Of a DNA stretch of 64,000 nt, positions 39,277 to 48,565 are shown in pieces. Position numbers and translations under genes: made by a program. The stretch comes from Candidatus Obscuribacteraceae bacterium. GTDB lineage: Bacteria; Cyanobacteriota; Vampirovibrionia; Obscuribacterales; Obscuribacteraceae. The stretch is from contig JBGASG010000004.1 in assembly GCA_044229845.1 (NCBI GenBank), positions 32,001-96,000 on the forward strand, written 5' to 3'. Below the pieces are notes generated by a model, which searched no databases, was not told the origin of the DNA, and saw only the letters and a program-made list of their open reading frames with translations. How positions within the stretch are numbered: the first letter of the stretch is position 1; each line of letters opens with the position of its first letter.

Positions 39277-39615
39277 ATGAAAAATCTTGTTCGCTCACTG
39301 GCTCTCGCCGGATTCGTGCTGTCCTGCACGCTGCCCGTCAATGCCGATGATTACGTATCTTCGTTCAAATACAAAGTAAACGGCTGCGCAGCGCCGGCGA
39401 AGACCGTTCTCATCGACAAAGAAACCAAAGTGATCGAAAACGCCGCAGTGGTCGAAGGCACCTGCTCGAACGTCAAGATCCAATCCGCCGTGGTTGGTAC
39501 TCCCTGTGCCACCACTATCCGCACTCAACCGGTCGTCGTGGAGAACCTGGTGAAAAAGAAAGCCCACCTCTTCCATATCGGTCTGTGGCCGGTGGTTGAT
39601 TTCAGCCTGTTCTAA
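39277..39615 (+). CDS. Small exported protein, probable paralogue of the preceding gene
   Basis: AAGGAG RBS. Signal ending VNA. C-terminal KKKAHLFHIGLWPVVDFSLF. Confidence 0.75.
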   Translation: MKNLVRSLALAGFVLSCTLPVNADDYVSSFKYKVNGCAAPAKTVLIDKETKVIENAAVVEGTCSNVKIQSAVVGTPCATTIRTQPVVVENLVKKKAHLFHIGLWPVVDFSLF

Positions 39616-41117
39616 ACCTGGCTCAAGTCCGCAGAAAGAAGTGGCGCGGGTTGCGACTCAGCCGGGATGGTCAAGCTGAATGTGCTGCCTTCGCCCACTT
39701 CTGATACTACGCTCATCTTGCCTCCGTGTGCTTCCACGATCGCCTTGCAAATAGCCAATCCCAATCCTGTGCCGCCGCGAGAAGGTCCGACCTGCTGGAA
39801 ACGATCGAAAACCGCCACCAACTGATCCGACTGAATGCCGGGACCCTGGTCGCAAACGGAAATCTGCACGGCGTCCAGACCATAGGCGTGCGCACTGACA
39901 GTCACTTTGCTGCCCACAGGCGAAAACTTGATGGCATTGCCCATCAGATTGACCAGCACCTGCACCAGTCGCACTTCATCGCCGATCAAGTTGGGCAGAT
40001 CGATCTCCGCCGACGAGGACAGCACGACGTTTTGCTTGTCTGCATAACCCTGGCAGGATGCCAGCGCTCGCTCCAGAATCCGGCTCACCGGCACCGGTCC
40101 CACGTCCAGCTGCAAATTACCCGACTCGATTTTTTCCAAGTCCAGCAATTGATTGATCAGTTCGATCAGCCGCTGCACGCTTTCTTCCGATTGCGAAATG
40201 CGCAAAGAGCCGCGCTCGGATAGTTCGCCGTAAGTGCCGTTGGCAGCCAGCGCCAGCGTGGTCTGCAGGCTGGTCAGAGGCGTGCGCAGGTCGTGCGAAA
40301 TCATCTGCACAAACTCTTGTTTCATCTGTTCGGCGCGCTGCAAATCACCGGCGACTTGATGAAAAGTTTCATCGAGCTGAGCCAGCTCATCGGCTCCGCG
40401 CACCGGCGGATTCAGCCTCTGGCGCTTGGCCAGGCGCACGGCATTATCGGACAGTATTTGAATGCGCTGGGCAAAATCTTTGCTGAACACATTGAGCAGC
40501 CAGACTGTCAGTGCAATGTTGCCGAGCAGTCCGCCGAGCAAGACGTTGCGGATGAACACACGCCCCTGAGCATCAGCATCAGGGAGCGCCTCCGCCTCGC
40601 TTTTTTCGCGCTCGGTAATCTCATCAAGAGACCCTTTAAATTTCAGAAACGCTTTCCCGAATCGCGCCCAGCCCACCGGAGTCGGAATTTCTGAATAGGG
40701 CCCGGCGTGGTCGACCACCCAGGCTCGCATGTGTCCGAGTTCGACATCCAGCTCGTCACAGCCTTTGCAGAGCAAAGCCGTTTGCTGCTCGCGTCGGGCA
40801 TCGCCAATCGACAGTTTCTTCAGCTTCTCACGCGCCTTTTGCGCTTGAATGATTTTTCGATCGAAGGCGGCAATCAACTTCTGGTCGGGCTGGACATTGC
40901 GAAAGAAAAACAGCGCCTTGCCTTCATCGAGAAGTATGCTGCCCAGTTCTGTGCAGGTGGCGGCATAATTGCGACCGCGCTCCGCCATTTTTACGTTGCG
41001 CTCCGTTTCGTTGACCACCCAGAACAACACAGCAACGAAGGCTATCTCGAAAATAAACGGAATCGAGATCAAGACCAACCCCTTGCGGGTAATGTTCAGT
41101 TTGAGGTCAAAGCGCAT
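39612..41117 (-). CDS. Membrane sensor histidine kinase (2 TM, HAMP, HisKA, HATPase)
   Basis: DELAQL, SHDLRTPLTS, NLMGNAIKFS, DQGPGI, GTGLGL, GEGSTF. Confidence 0.95.
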   Translation of the reverse strand: MRFDLKLNITRKGLVLISIPFIFEIAFVAVLFWVVNETERNVKMAERGRNYAATCTELGSILLDEGKALFFFRNVQPDQKLIAAFDRKIIQAQKAREKLKKLSIGDARREQQTALLCKGCDELDVELGHMRAWVVDHAGPYSEIPTPVGWARFGKAFLKFKGSLDEITEREKSEAEALPDADAQGRVFIRNVLLGGLLGNIALTVWLLNVFSKDFAQRIQILSDNAVRLAKRQRLNPPVRGADELAQLDETFHQVAGDLQRAEQMKQEFVQMISHDLRTPLTSLQTTLALAANGTYGELSERGSLRISQSEESVQRLIELINQLLDLEKIESGNLQLDVGPVPVSRILERALASCQGYADKQNVVLSSSAEIDLPNLIGDEVRLVQVLVNLMGNAIKFSPVGSKVTVSAHAYGLDAVQISVCDQGPGIQSDQLVAVFDRFQQVGPSRGGTGLGLAICKAIVEAHGGKMSVVSEVGEGSTFSLTIPAESQPAPLLSADLSQV

Positions 41118-41260
41118 AGCATCGGGCTCCTGCAGTCTCTTCCTACCCGTAACGGACGGATTTCAAGCCTGTTGAGGTTTTCGGCGCCGAAGGCGAAAGC
41201 CGGAGCCGGCAGTTTCGGCCCCCTTCCCATCGGGCATGAGAGCCTCAGAAAGGGAAGAAC

Positions 41261-41932
41261 ATGGCGAAAATCCTGGTCGTAGAAGATGACGAGCATCTGG
41301 CCGGCTCACTGGAAGACTGGTTGATCTCGGAGCACCACACTGTCGATGTCGTTAAGACCGGTACCGACGCCGATGACCGGCTGCGCTACTACACGTACGA
41401 CCTGGTGGTGCTCGACTGGGAGTTGCCGGGCATGAACGGCGTCGATGTCTGCAAAAAATTTCGAGCCGAAGGCGGCACCACCGTTGTAATCATGCTGACA
41501 GGCAAAGACACTGTGAGCGACAAAACCACAGGACTCGACTCCGGAGCCGATGATTATCTGACCAAGCCATTTCATCCCGGCGAACTCTCTGCCCGCATTC
41601 GCGCCCTCCTACGTCGTCCTCGCGAGGTCAAGCAGACCGTGCTGGAGGTCGGTGACGTGACTCTGGATCCGATCAACTTCAAAGTGACCCGCGACGGCAA
41701 AGATGTCGCATTGCTGCCCAAGGAGTTCGCCTTGCTGGAATTTCTCATGCGCCACCCCAACGAGGTCTTCAGCACCGAAGCATTGCTCGACCGCGTCTGG
41801 TCCAGCGAGTCGGAGGCTTCACCAGATACGGTGCGCGTCCATATAACCAAATTGCGCAACAAAATGGATGTAGACGGCAAACCGTCGCACATCAAAACGC
41901 TGCACCGCATGGGTTATCGCTTCGAGCCCTGA
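41261..41932 (+). CDS. OmpR/PhoB-family response regulator
   Basis: ILVVEDD, LDWELP, GADDYLTKPF, KEFALLEFL. Divergent from the histidine kinase. Confidence 0.95.
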   Translation: MAKILVVEDDEHLAGSLEDWLISEHHTVDVVKTGTDADDRLRYYTYDLVVLDWELPGMNGVDVCKKFRAEGGTTVVIMLTGKDTVSDKTTGLDSGADDYLTKPFHPGELSARIRALLRRPREVKQTVLEVGDVTLDPINFKVTRDGKDVALLPKEFALLEFLMRHPNEVFSTEALLDRVWSSESEASPDTVRVHITKLRNKMDVDGKPSHIKTLHRMGYRFEP

Positions 41933-44310
41933 GCGCGCACCCGGGCGTTCGCAGACAGACGCGCCGTCAACTTCTGCGCTTCATCCTGGCGTCCTTGCTT
42001 GCGATAGATAGACACCAGTTGTTGATAGGCACGATTGGTTGTCGGATCGTCCATGCCGATACGCTGAGCGATATTCAACGCTCGCTTATACTGCCGCTCC
42101 GCCTGCCCCAGATCACCTTTTTTCTCGTACAGTTCGCCAAGACTGTACACGGCGCTGACTGTTTCCGGATGATCCGGGCCGGCAGTTTTGGTCAAGATCG
42201 CCAGCGAGTGCTCCAGCTCGGTCTGGGCATCGGACAGATCGTTTTTAGCCAGATGCGTTCGCCCCAGGTTTCCTTCCGAGCGCGCCGTATCGATGTTTTC
42301 CACACCCAGGACTTTCATACGCATTTTGTAGGCGCGTATTTGAATCGGCAGCGCATGGTCGAAGTCTTTGCGATCCGCGTAAATCAGACCAAGTACGTTA
42401 AGGCACCAGGCAATGTCTTCGGACGATTCACCATCCAGACCGCGATATTCGGCCAGTGCTTTGCGCAAGAGCGGCTCACCTTCCTGTCCGCGTCCGACCT
42501 GGCGGTAGAACTCGGCCAGATTACGCAAGCTGCGCGCCACATCGCGATGATGGGGACCGAGAGCTTTCTCTCTGATCGAGAGCGCCTGTTTGTAGAGCTG
42601 CTCTGACTGTTTGGTATCACCCAGCTTGCTGCTTACGTAGGCAAGATTACTGAGAGTCCGCCCCATGAGCGGATCTTCCGACTTGCGGGAGGAAGAGAGC
42701 ACTGTCTGAGCCTGCTCGATCAGTTCTTTCGCCTTGCTGTATTGCGCTTCTTTGTAATACAACGTGGCTTGATCGTTGAGCGTTTTGGCCAGCTCATCGA
42801 CCGCTTTCTCGTCATTTTTGTCTTTTTGCAGACGCAGCGAAAGCGAGACGATCTGAGCGGCATTGGTTTCCTTGTGTCCGTAATCCTCGTCGCCCAGCCG
42901 ATGCTTGAGTGCATTCAGGCGAGTCGCCACCTTTTTCTCCGCATCGGCATTGCCCATGCGCGCATAGGTCTCGCGCAGCGCTTCCAGAGAGCGTTGCAAA
43001 CGCTCATCTGCTTCCCCGAAAAACTCCGCTTGCTGAACGGCTTCCTGGAAGAACTGAGCAGCCTGCTTATAGTCATCTTCATCAAGATTTTTCTTGCCTT
43101 CGACGTAATTCTTCTCGAAGCGCTCCGCAAAGTTGGCGCCCGGCGAAGCCGTGGGCGAGTGCTCGGCCAGCGTGTGCACGCTCACATCGACATAGCGCCA
43201 GACTGCCACTAATAAAACAATCGAAAGCGCCGTTCCCACGAGCGGCCAGACAATCTCATTGCGCTTCAGCGGTCCCCCGGGGCGGCGTGGAAACAGGCGA
43301 CCCAGCACGCGTCCCGCCGAGCGCCGTCTTCCCTGTCCCTCATTAGCCAGGCGCAGCGCCGACTTGAACTCGCCGACACTTTGATATCGACTGCCGGGAT
43401 CTTTCTGGAGAGCACGCATGACCGCCAGTTCGATAGGCTCCTGTACTTTAGGTGCGCCCTCCACTTCGGCAAAACGCGGTGGCGTTTCATTGACGTGTTT
43501 TTGCATGCACTCGAAAGCGTTGCGACCAGAAAATGGCGGACGCCCGGTCAGCGCCTCATACATGACACAGCCCAGTGAATAGATGTCGCTGCGGTGGTCG
43601 ATATCCAGCCCGGAGCATTGTTCCGGGCTCATGTAGGAGGGAGTGCCCAGCGTCTGTCCGGTCTGAGTGAGGTTGCTGATTTGCTCCGACTCAGGCGTGG
43701 TCAATTTGGCCAGGCCGAAATCCAGAATTTTGACGGTCGAACCGTCGGCAATAAACAAATTGCTGGGCTTGATGTCCCGGTGGACGACACCCTTCTCATG
43801 GGCAGCCGCCAGCCCGTTCAAGGCTTGCAAAAATATCGGGATGAGGCGCTCGACGGTGAGCGTGCCTTGAGCATGCAAGATGTCCGCCAGGCTTGTACCG
43901 TCCAGGTATTCCAGCACCAGATAGGGCTGCCCCTGGGGCAAAACACCGTAATCGAAGACGGCGGCGACATTTTGAGAAATGACCGCGCTGGCAGCCTCCG
44001 CCTCACGCTGAAAACGCAGCACTTTTTCCGGGTCCGAGGTCAGGTGCGGATGCAGCACCTTCAAGCAAACCAGACGGGTCAGCCCGACCTGTTTTGCTTT
44101 GTAGACAACGCTCCAGCCGCCGGCACCGATTTGCTCCAGCACCTCATATTTGCCGCCGACCGTCTGTCCCGCCAGGGGATCGGTCGTGATCACGGAAAGC
44201 AGGCTGCCGTCATGCGGGCAGGTGGAATGCTCCTCGGCAATAGTGAACTCGCGTTTGCACGTCGGGCAAAGGCGCCCTATGACGATCTTTCGCTGGTCGA
44301 AAACGCTCAC
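41914..44310 (-). CDS. Ser/Thr protein kinase - TM - TPR repeats
   Basis: CPTC..CPHDG, IGAGGWSVVYKA, HRDIKPSN, DFG, GTPSYMSPE. TM IVWPLVGTALSIVLLVAVW. Kinesin-light-chain-type TPRs (ALSIREKALGPHHRDVARSLRNLA). Confidence 0.93.
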   Translation of the reverse strand: MSVFDQRKIVIGRLCPTCKREFTIAEEHSTCPHDGSLLSVITTDPLAGQTVGGKYEVLEQIGAGGWSVVYKAKQVGLTRLVCLKVLHPHLTSDPEKVLRFQREAEAASAVISQNVAAVFDYGVLPQGQPYLVLEYLDGTSLADILHAQGTLTVERLIPIFLQALNGLAAAHEKGVVHRDIKPSNLFIADGSTVKILDFGLAKLTTPESEQISNLTQTGQTLGTPSYMSPEQCSGLDIDHRSDIYSLGCVMYEALTGRPPFSGRNAFECMQKHVNETPPRFAEVEGAPKVQEPIELAVMRALQKDPGSRYQSVGEFKSALRLANEGQGRRRSAGRVLGRLFPRRPGGPLKRNEIVWPLVGTALSIVLLVAVWRYVDVSVHTLAEHSPTASPGANFAERFEKNYVEGKKNLDEDDYKQAAQFFQEAVQQAEFFGEADERLQRSLEALRETYARMGNADAEKKVATRLNALKHRLGDEDYGHKETNAAQIVSLSLRLQKDKNDEKAVDELAKTLNDQATLYYKEAQYSKAKELIEQAQTVLSSSRKSEDPLMGRTLSNLAYVSSKLGDTKQSEQLYKQALSIREKALGPHHRDVARSLRNLAEFYRQVGRGQEGEPLLRKALAEYRGLDGESSEDIAWCLNVLGLIYADRKDFDHALPIQIRAYKMRMKVLGVENIDTARSEGNLGRTHLAKNDLSDAQTELEHSLAILTKTAGPDHPETVSAVYSLGELYEKKGDLGQAERQYKRALNIAQRIGMDDPTTNRAYQQLVSIYRKQGRQDEAQKLTARLSANARVRAQGSKR

Positions 44311-44544
44311 TAAGTAATTAGCCCGCGCAGCTTTAAGTATCCCTCAGAGATCTCCTCTAATCATAACCCCTTGCTAAGCAGTGCTCAAAGGCACGGCGCG
44401 CCGGGCTGGATAGCGTCCCAACGCGACCGGCACCGGCGTCGCACCATTTGCGGTATCAATCGCGCTCTAAAGCATGGGAGCAATTCCGTCCGCGAACGGC
44501 TTTGGATGAGCTTCCAGCAGATCTTAAACTATTGTCAGGAGGGC

Positions 44545-44573
44545 TTGCGCAAATTACTGTTTTGGACTAAATT
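44545..44573 (+). promoter_or_regulatory. Sigma70-like promoter TTGCGC-17-TAAATT
   Basis: -35 at 44545-44550, -10 at 44568-44573, pointing into a gene-free structured region. Confidence 0.5.
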
Positions 44574-44579
44574 GAAATC

Positions 44580-44772
44580 AGAACCGATTCAATCACATCC
44601 ATCCAAAAGTTACTTACAGACTGCATTACAGCCAATGGAGGTAGTCAGAAGTAGCATCGCTTTTGCGACTGCGCAGTAGTCACACCTATCTAATCCACCG
44701 CGCTTACGGTGGAGTCCGAGAAAGTCGGACAACAAAGCTGGCCTTCCGTTCCCTACGGAAGGCCTTTTTTTT
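44580..44772 (+). ncRNA. Candidate ~190-nt small RNA
   Basis: Promoter upstream, several consecutive hairpins, then a 10-bp stem plus T8 terminator on the + strand. Both flanking genes are on the - strand. Confidence 0.55.
44740..44772 (+). terminator. Intrinsic terminator
   Basis: GGCCTTCCGT-TCCCT-ACGGAAGGCC-TTTTTTTT. Confidence 0.85.
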
Positions 44773-44797
44773 CGAACCACACCGCTGGTAGTGTCAG

Positions 44798-45319
44798 TCA
44801 GCGGACCAGCGTATAAGTTTCCGGCGCTTCTTTGATCGAGGCGAAAGCACCAGGCAGTTTGGCTTGTACAGGCAATCCAACCAACCGGTCGTCCATAACT
44901 TTTACTTGCTCTTCGACTTTAGCTTGTCCGTCGCGCAAAGTCAGAAGAATGACGCCTTCTTTGAGCATCCACTTGCCTTTGGTATGCGCCGGCTGGGCAG
45001 ACAGCCCTTCGGTGGTGATGTCGAGCACGCCTTGCGGCTCGAAGCGCACGGTAGTCACCACGCGGTCGGTTTGTTGACGAAACGTTTTGCCCACCAGCTG
45101 ATCGCCGGCCGCGGCAACTTTAGCCTCAGTTGCGCAGCAGCTTTTCTCGGCATCAGCAGCCGCACCTTCCATCTTGGCGCAGCAGCTGTGTCCGCTCTGA
45201 GCGGCGCCGCTGCTGCTTTGGATGACTTCGCCGGGACCGCTGCCGCGCTGTGCGCAACCGCTGAGCGCGGCGGCGAGGAGCAGGACCAGCAAACTCGAAG
45301 AATAAATGCGACGCGCCAT
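44798..45319 (-). CDS. Lipoprotein with two Cys-Cys motifs
   Basis: Lipobox LSGC after a hydrophobic stretch. HSCCAK and KSCCAT. Confidence 0.75.
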   Translation of the reverse strand: MARRIYSSSLLVLLLAAALSGCAQRGSGPGEVIQSSSGAAQSGHSCCAKMEGAAADAEKSCCATEAKVAAAGDQLVGKTFRQQTDRVVTTVRFEPQGVLDITTEGLSAQPAHTKGKWMLKEGVILLTLRDGQAKVEEQVKVMDDRLVGLPVQAKLPGAFASIKEAPETYTLVR

Positions 45320-45596
45320 AACCAACTCCAGTTGTTTATCGATAACCGGGCTATTGTAGTACACGCGTCGGTCGAACCAAAATTTGCCGGGAGGCGGCGG
45401 CGCGGCACGCCACCATATATGATACCGCACCGCGCAGGCGCGACGTCGCGCAAATTAAATCCAGTTGCAGAAAACTCATGTAGTCAAGAGAAAGATGAGA
45501 TCTCGTAACCGAGCGTATTTACACCATCGACCCCAACCGGCCCGAAACCTAGACTGAATTCGTGCCTGTACACCCCTACCCCGCAGTGACGCAATA

Positions 45597-47111
45597 GTGG
45601 GCGATAGCTTTATCGAACGCGAATGGTCTGTCTTGGTCCCCGGTCTGGTCGACGGACTGCAAGGTGCCGCCGGGCAGACCTGGCACGACCTGAACCAGGC
45701 CGGGCACAATCTCAGCGAGGATTTTTGGGGTACCAGCGGAGACTATTTGAAGAACCACAGCGTGGACTTCCTGGCCGGCGCCCTGATCACCTTCGCCAAT
45801 CCTGGAAAGAAAACCGCCGCCATGCTGACCGCCTGGTCAATGCGCGGGCTGGCGTATTCGACAGTCGACGCCATTCAGGCTGCTGCCGATCCAGATTCCG
45901 ACCTGAACGCGGCGCGCGCCCGGTATGCCGACGCCATCAGCCATGAAGGCACGGCGTTTCTCAGTTCGATGCCCATGGCCATGGCCGGCGGCATCGCAGG
46001 CAGGGGACTGGCCGGCGGCGTCTTCGGGGCCAACAAAGGAGCGGTCGATTACTTTCGCGGCGACGTCACCACGTCCCAGGTCAAAACTAATCTCCTCAAC
46101 CTGCAAGACAACATCTGGGCACCCAAGAAGAAAGTTCTGGTCACCGATCTGGACGGCACCACCTTCCCGATGTTCGACTATTTAGTGCCGGCACTGAAAG
46201 AAAATATCGGTACGATCGCCGCCAAGATGAATATCCCCGAGCAAGAAGTGGCCAGCGCCCTGGGCGGACAACGGGTGCATCCATGGATTCTCGAAACATC
46301 GCCCCTGGCTCGCAAGTTTCAGGGCACGCCGCTGGAATTTCAAGAACAGATTGTGCGCCCTTTCTGGGAGACGCTCAATCGCAATCGGGCACAGCTGCTG
46401 CATCCGTTTCCCGATGTGGCGAAGACGCTGGCACAGGCGCGCGCCCAGGGCGTACAAATCGTGGCACTGACCAATGCGCCCACCCCGCTTGCCTTGCAAC
46501 GCCTGGGCGCCACGGAACTGACGCCTCACGTAGACCGACTCTATTCGGTGCATCCGGTCGAGCCGCCGGTATCGCAGGTGGTGCATCCCAGCGCCCTCGA
46601 GTTCGGCCGCGGTCTGGTCAGAGACGAGCTCGGCGCAGTCGGTGAGACTCCGCAACTGAGAGAATTGTCACAAACCGCCTCCAAGCCGGACACAGGCGGC
46701 ATGGATGCCATCATGCGCGAACTGGGCGTGCGCCCGAAGCAAATGCTCTTCGTCGGCGACAGCATCTGGAAAGACGGACTGGTTGGCGAAGCGCGCGGCA
46801 TTCCGTTCCTCTGGGCTAAATACGGCTCGCAGATAGACCCGTCCCAGAAAGCCTTCCTGGAGGGGTTGGGACGCCCGGCCAATCCCCGCAGTGTGCCCCG
46901 CGCACCAAATGCGGTGACAGAAGGCGCGCCACCACCGACGGTGGGAACTTTGAACAGATATGAACAACTGTTGCCGTATTTGAAGCCGCATATCGACTTC
47001 CATTCGATCGGCTATGGTCTTTGGAACAATATTGCGCGGATGCCCTCGTGGAAACCGGTAATGGCGTATCAATTAATTCCCAATCCTTGGCAATTGGGCA
47101 ATGACAGCTGA
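45597..47111 (+). CDS. HAD-superfamily hydrolase with ~175-aa N-terminal extension
   Basis: HAD motifs VLVTDLDGT, ALTNA, SKP, FVGDSIWKDG. Confidence 0.85.
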   Translation: MGDSFIEREWSVLVPGLVDGLQGAAGQTWHDLNQAGHNLSEDFWGTSGDYLKNHSVDFLAGALITFANPGKKTAAMLTAWSMRGLAYSTVDAIQAAADPDSDLNAARARYADAISHEGTAFLSSMPMAMAGGIAGRGLAGGVFGANKGAVDYFRGDVTTSQVKTNLLNLQDNIWAPKKKVLVTDLDGTTFPMFDYLVPALKENIGTIAAKMNIPEQEVASALGGQRVHPWILETSPLARKFQGTPLEFQEQIVRPFWETLNRNRAQLLHPFPDVAKTLAQARAQGVQIVALTNAPTPLALQRLGATELTPHVDRLYSVHPVEPPVSQVVHPSALEFGRGLVRDELGAVGETPQLRELSQTASKPDTGGMDAIMRELGVRPKQMLFVGDSIWKDGLVGEARGIPFLWAKYGSQIDPSQKAFLEGLGRPANPRSVPRAPNAVTEGAPPPTVGTLNRYEQLLPYLKPHIDFHSIGYGLWNNIARMPSWKPVMAYQLIPNPWQLGNDS

Positions 47112-47117
47112 TACAAT

Positions 47118-47726
47118 TTGAGGGTCCAGTCGAATATAAAAGAGGTGCGCGCGGTGGGAGTCCAAGATCCTGATGTGACGGTAATCTTTGCAGCGTTGCG
47201 TTTTGCGGCATTGAAGCACAAGGAGCAAAGGCGCAAAGATTCAAAGACACCTTACATAAACCATCCGATCGAGGTGGCAGAACTTTTGCTGCGCGTCGGT
47301 CGAGAAACGGAAACCGAGACGGTAGTGGCAGCACTCTTGCATGACACCATAGAAGATACCAACACCACCGCCGAAGAAATTCAGGCGCTCTTCGGAGAGA
47401 AAGTAGCGGGGCTGGTCAAAGAGTGCACCGACGACAAATCTTTGCCCAAGGAAGTTCGCAAAGAACTGCAAGTCGAACATGCGCCGCACAAATCGGAAGC
47501 CGCTAAGAAAATCAAGCTGGCCGACAAAATCAGCAACGTCAAAGACGTGATTTTTACGCCGCCTCCCGATTGGTCGCTGCAGCGCAAAATGGAGTACCTG
47601 ACCTGGTCCGAACGCGTCGTCGAAGGTCTGCGCGGCTGCAGCCCCGGACTGGAGAGCCTCTACGACAACGTGCTCGCCGAAGGCAAAAACGTCCTGAAAA
47701 GCCAGCAAGATAAGGTCGCGCGCTAA
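47118..47726 (+). CDS. HD-domain small alarmone hydrolase (Mesh1/SAH-like)
   Basis: FAALKHKEQRRK...PYINHP...ALLHDTIEDT...VKECTDDKSL...KLADKISN. Start uncertain (GTG at 47154 or 47175 possible). Confidence 0.88.
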   Translation: MRVQSNIKEVRAVGVQDPDVTVIFAALRFAALKHKEQRRKDSKTPYINHPIEVAELLLRVGRETETETVVAALLHDTIEDTNTTAEEIQALFGEKVAGLVKECTDDKSLPKEVRKELQVEHAPHKSEAAKKIKLADKISNVKDVIFTPPPDWSLQRKMEYLTWSERVVEGLRGCSPGLESLYDNVLAEGKNVLKSQQDKVAR

Positions 47727-47799
47727 GCGAGAAAAACCTCACACAGAAGAGAGGCCCGGTCTGGGAACCGAGCCGCTCGACCATCCCTGTGCAAAACTC

Positions 47800-48393
47800 T
47801 TATTGGCAGCAGACCAAACTGACATCCCGCGTCTTGCCCGCTGAGTCTGTGACGATCTCGTACTTGGTGTGATCGGCACACTCGATAACTGAGTGATAGT
47901 TGCCATCCGCCGCTAATTCCGTACGTACGCTTTCAACGTTGGCGAGCGTCATCACACCGCTGCCGTCCGACACTTTGAACGTTTTCGGCGGTTTGTAGTA
48001 GACTTCGCTGGCAACGACTTTGCCATCCTTGAGCGTTTCGGTCGCCGAAAATCCGGTGTCGTAGATCCAGCCGTCTTCCAGTTCGCCTGCATAGAAGTGA
48101 GAGACCGAGCCATCCAGATTGTGGCGCGTCTGCACCTTTCTATAATCGATGCCGTCAACTTGATCGTCCGGGCAGTCGACACCAGGACCAGCCTCACCGA
48201 CGCCTGGCGGGCGCACGGGACTGTAGACATCTCCGGACCGCGAGAACGTCCCCGCCTGTGCTACGGCTCCATAAGTCTGCTGGCGAACCTGATCCATAGG
48301 TGCGGGCTGGGCAGGCGCGTCGGACGACGACTGCGGAACTTCAGGAGCAGCTTTTTCGACATGGGTATGGGCGCGAGTGTGATGTTGGCTCAT
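47800..48393 (-). CDS. Hypothetical protein
   Basis: ORF with disordered N-half and beta-rich C-half. No recognised family. Confidence 0.55.
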   Translation of the reverse strand: MSQHHTRAHTHVEKAAPEVPQSSSDAPAQPAPMDQVRQQTYGAVAQAGTFSRSGDVYSPVRPPGVGEAGPGVDCPDDQVDGIDYRKVQTRHNLDGSVSHFYAGELEDGWIYDTGFSATETLKDGKVVASEVYYKPPKTFKVSDGSGVMTLANVESVRTELAADGNYHSVIECADHTKYEIVTDSAGKTRDVSLVCCQ

Positions 48394-48565
48394 AGATTTG
48401 TTCAACCTGTAGGCAACGCAGGCGCCGTACTGCTGTTCGGGCTTTGCGCTGGTTGGGGAATTGAGGTGGAAAAACGGTGGGTAGTAAATAAGGTAAGGCG
48501 GGCAATTGAAAGTTTCTTGAAACCAGCCTGTCTATAATTAGCCGCTACTTTGGAGTGCCGCGCAG

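Noticed and set aside
44580..44790. tmRNA or 6S identity for the candidate sRNA (ORF ending AFATAQ)
   Set aside because: No tRNA-like acceptor or T-arm ending in CCA, and no long rod-like duplex visible. Needs Rfam to exclude formally.
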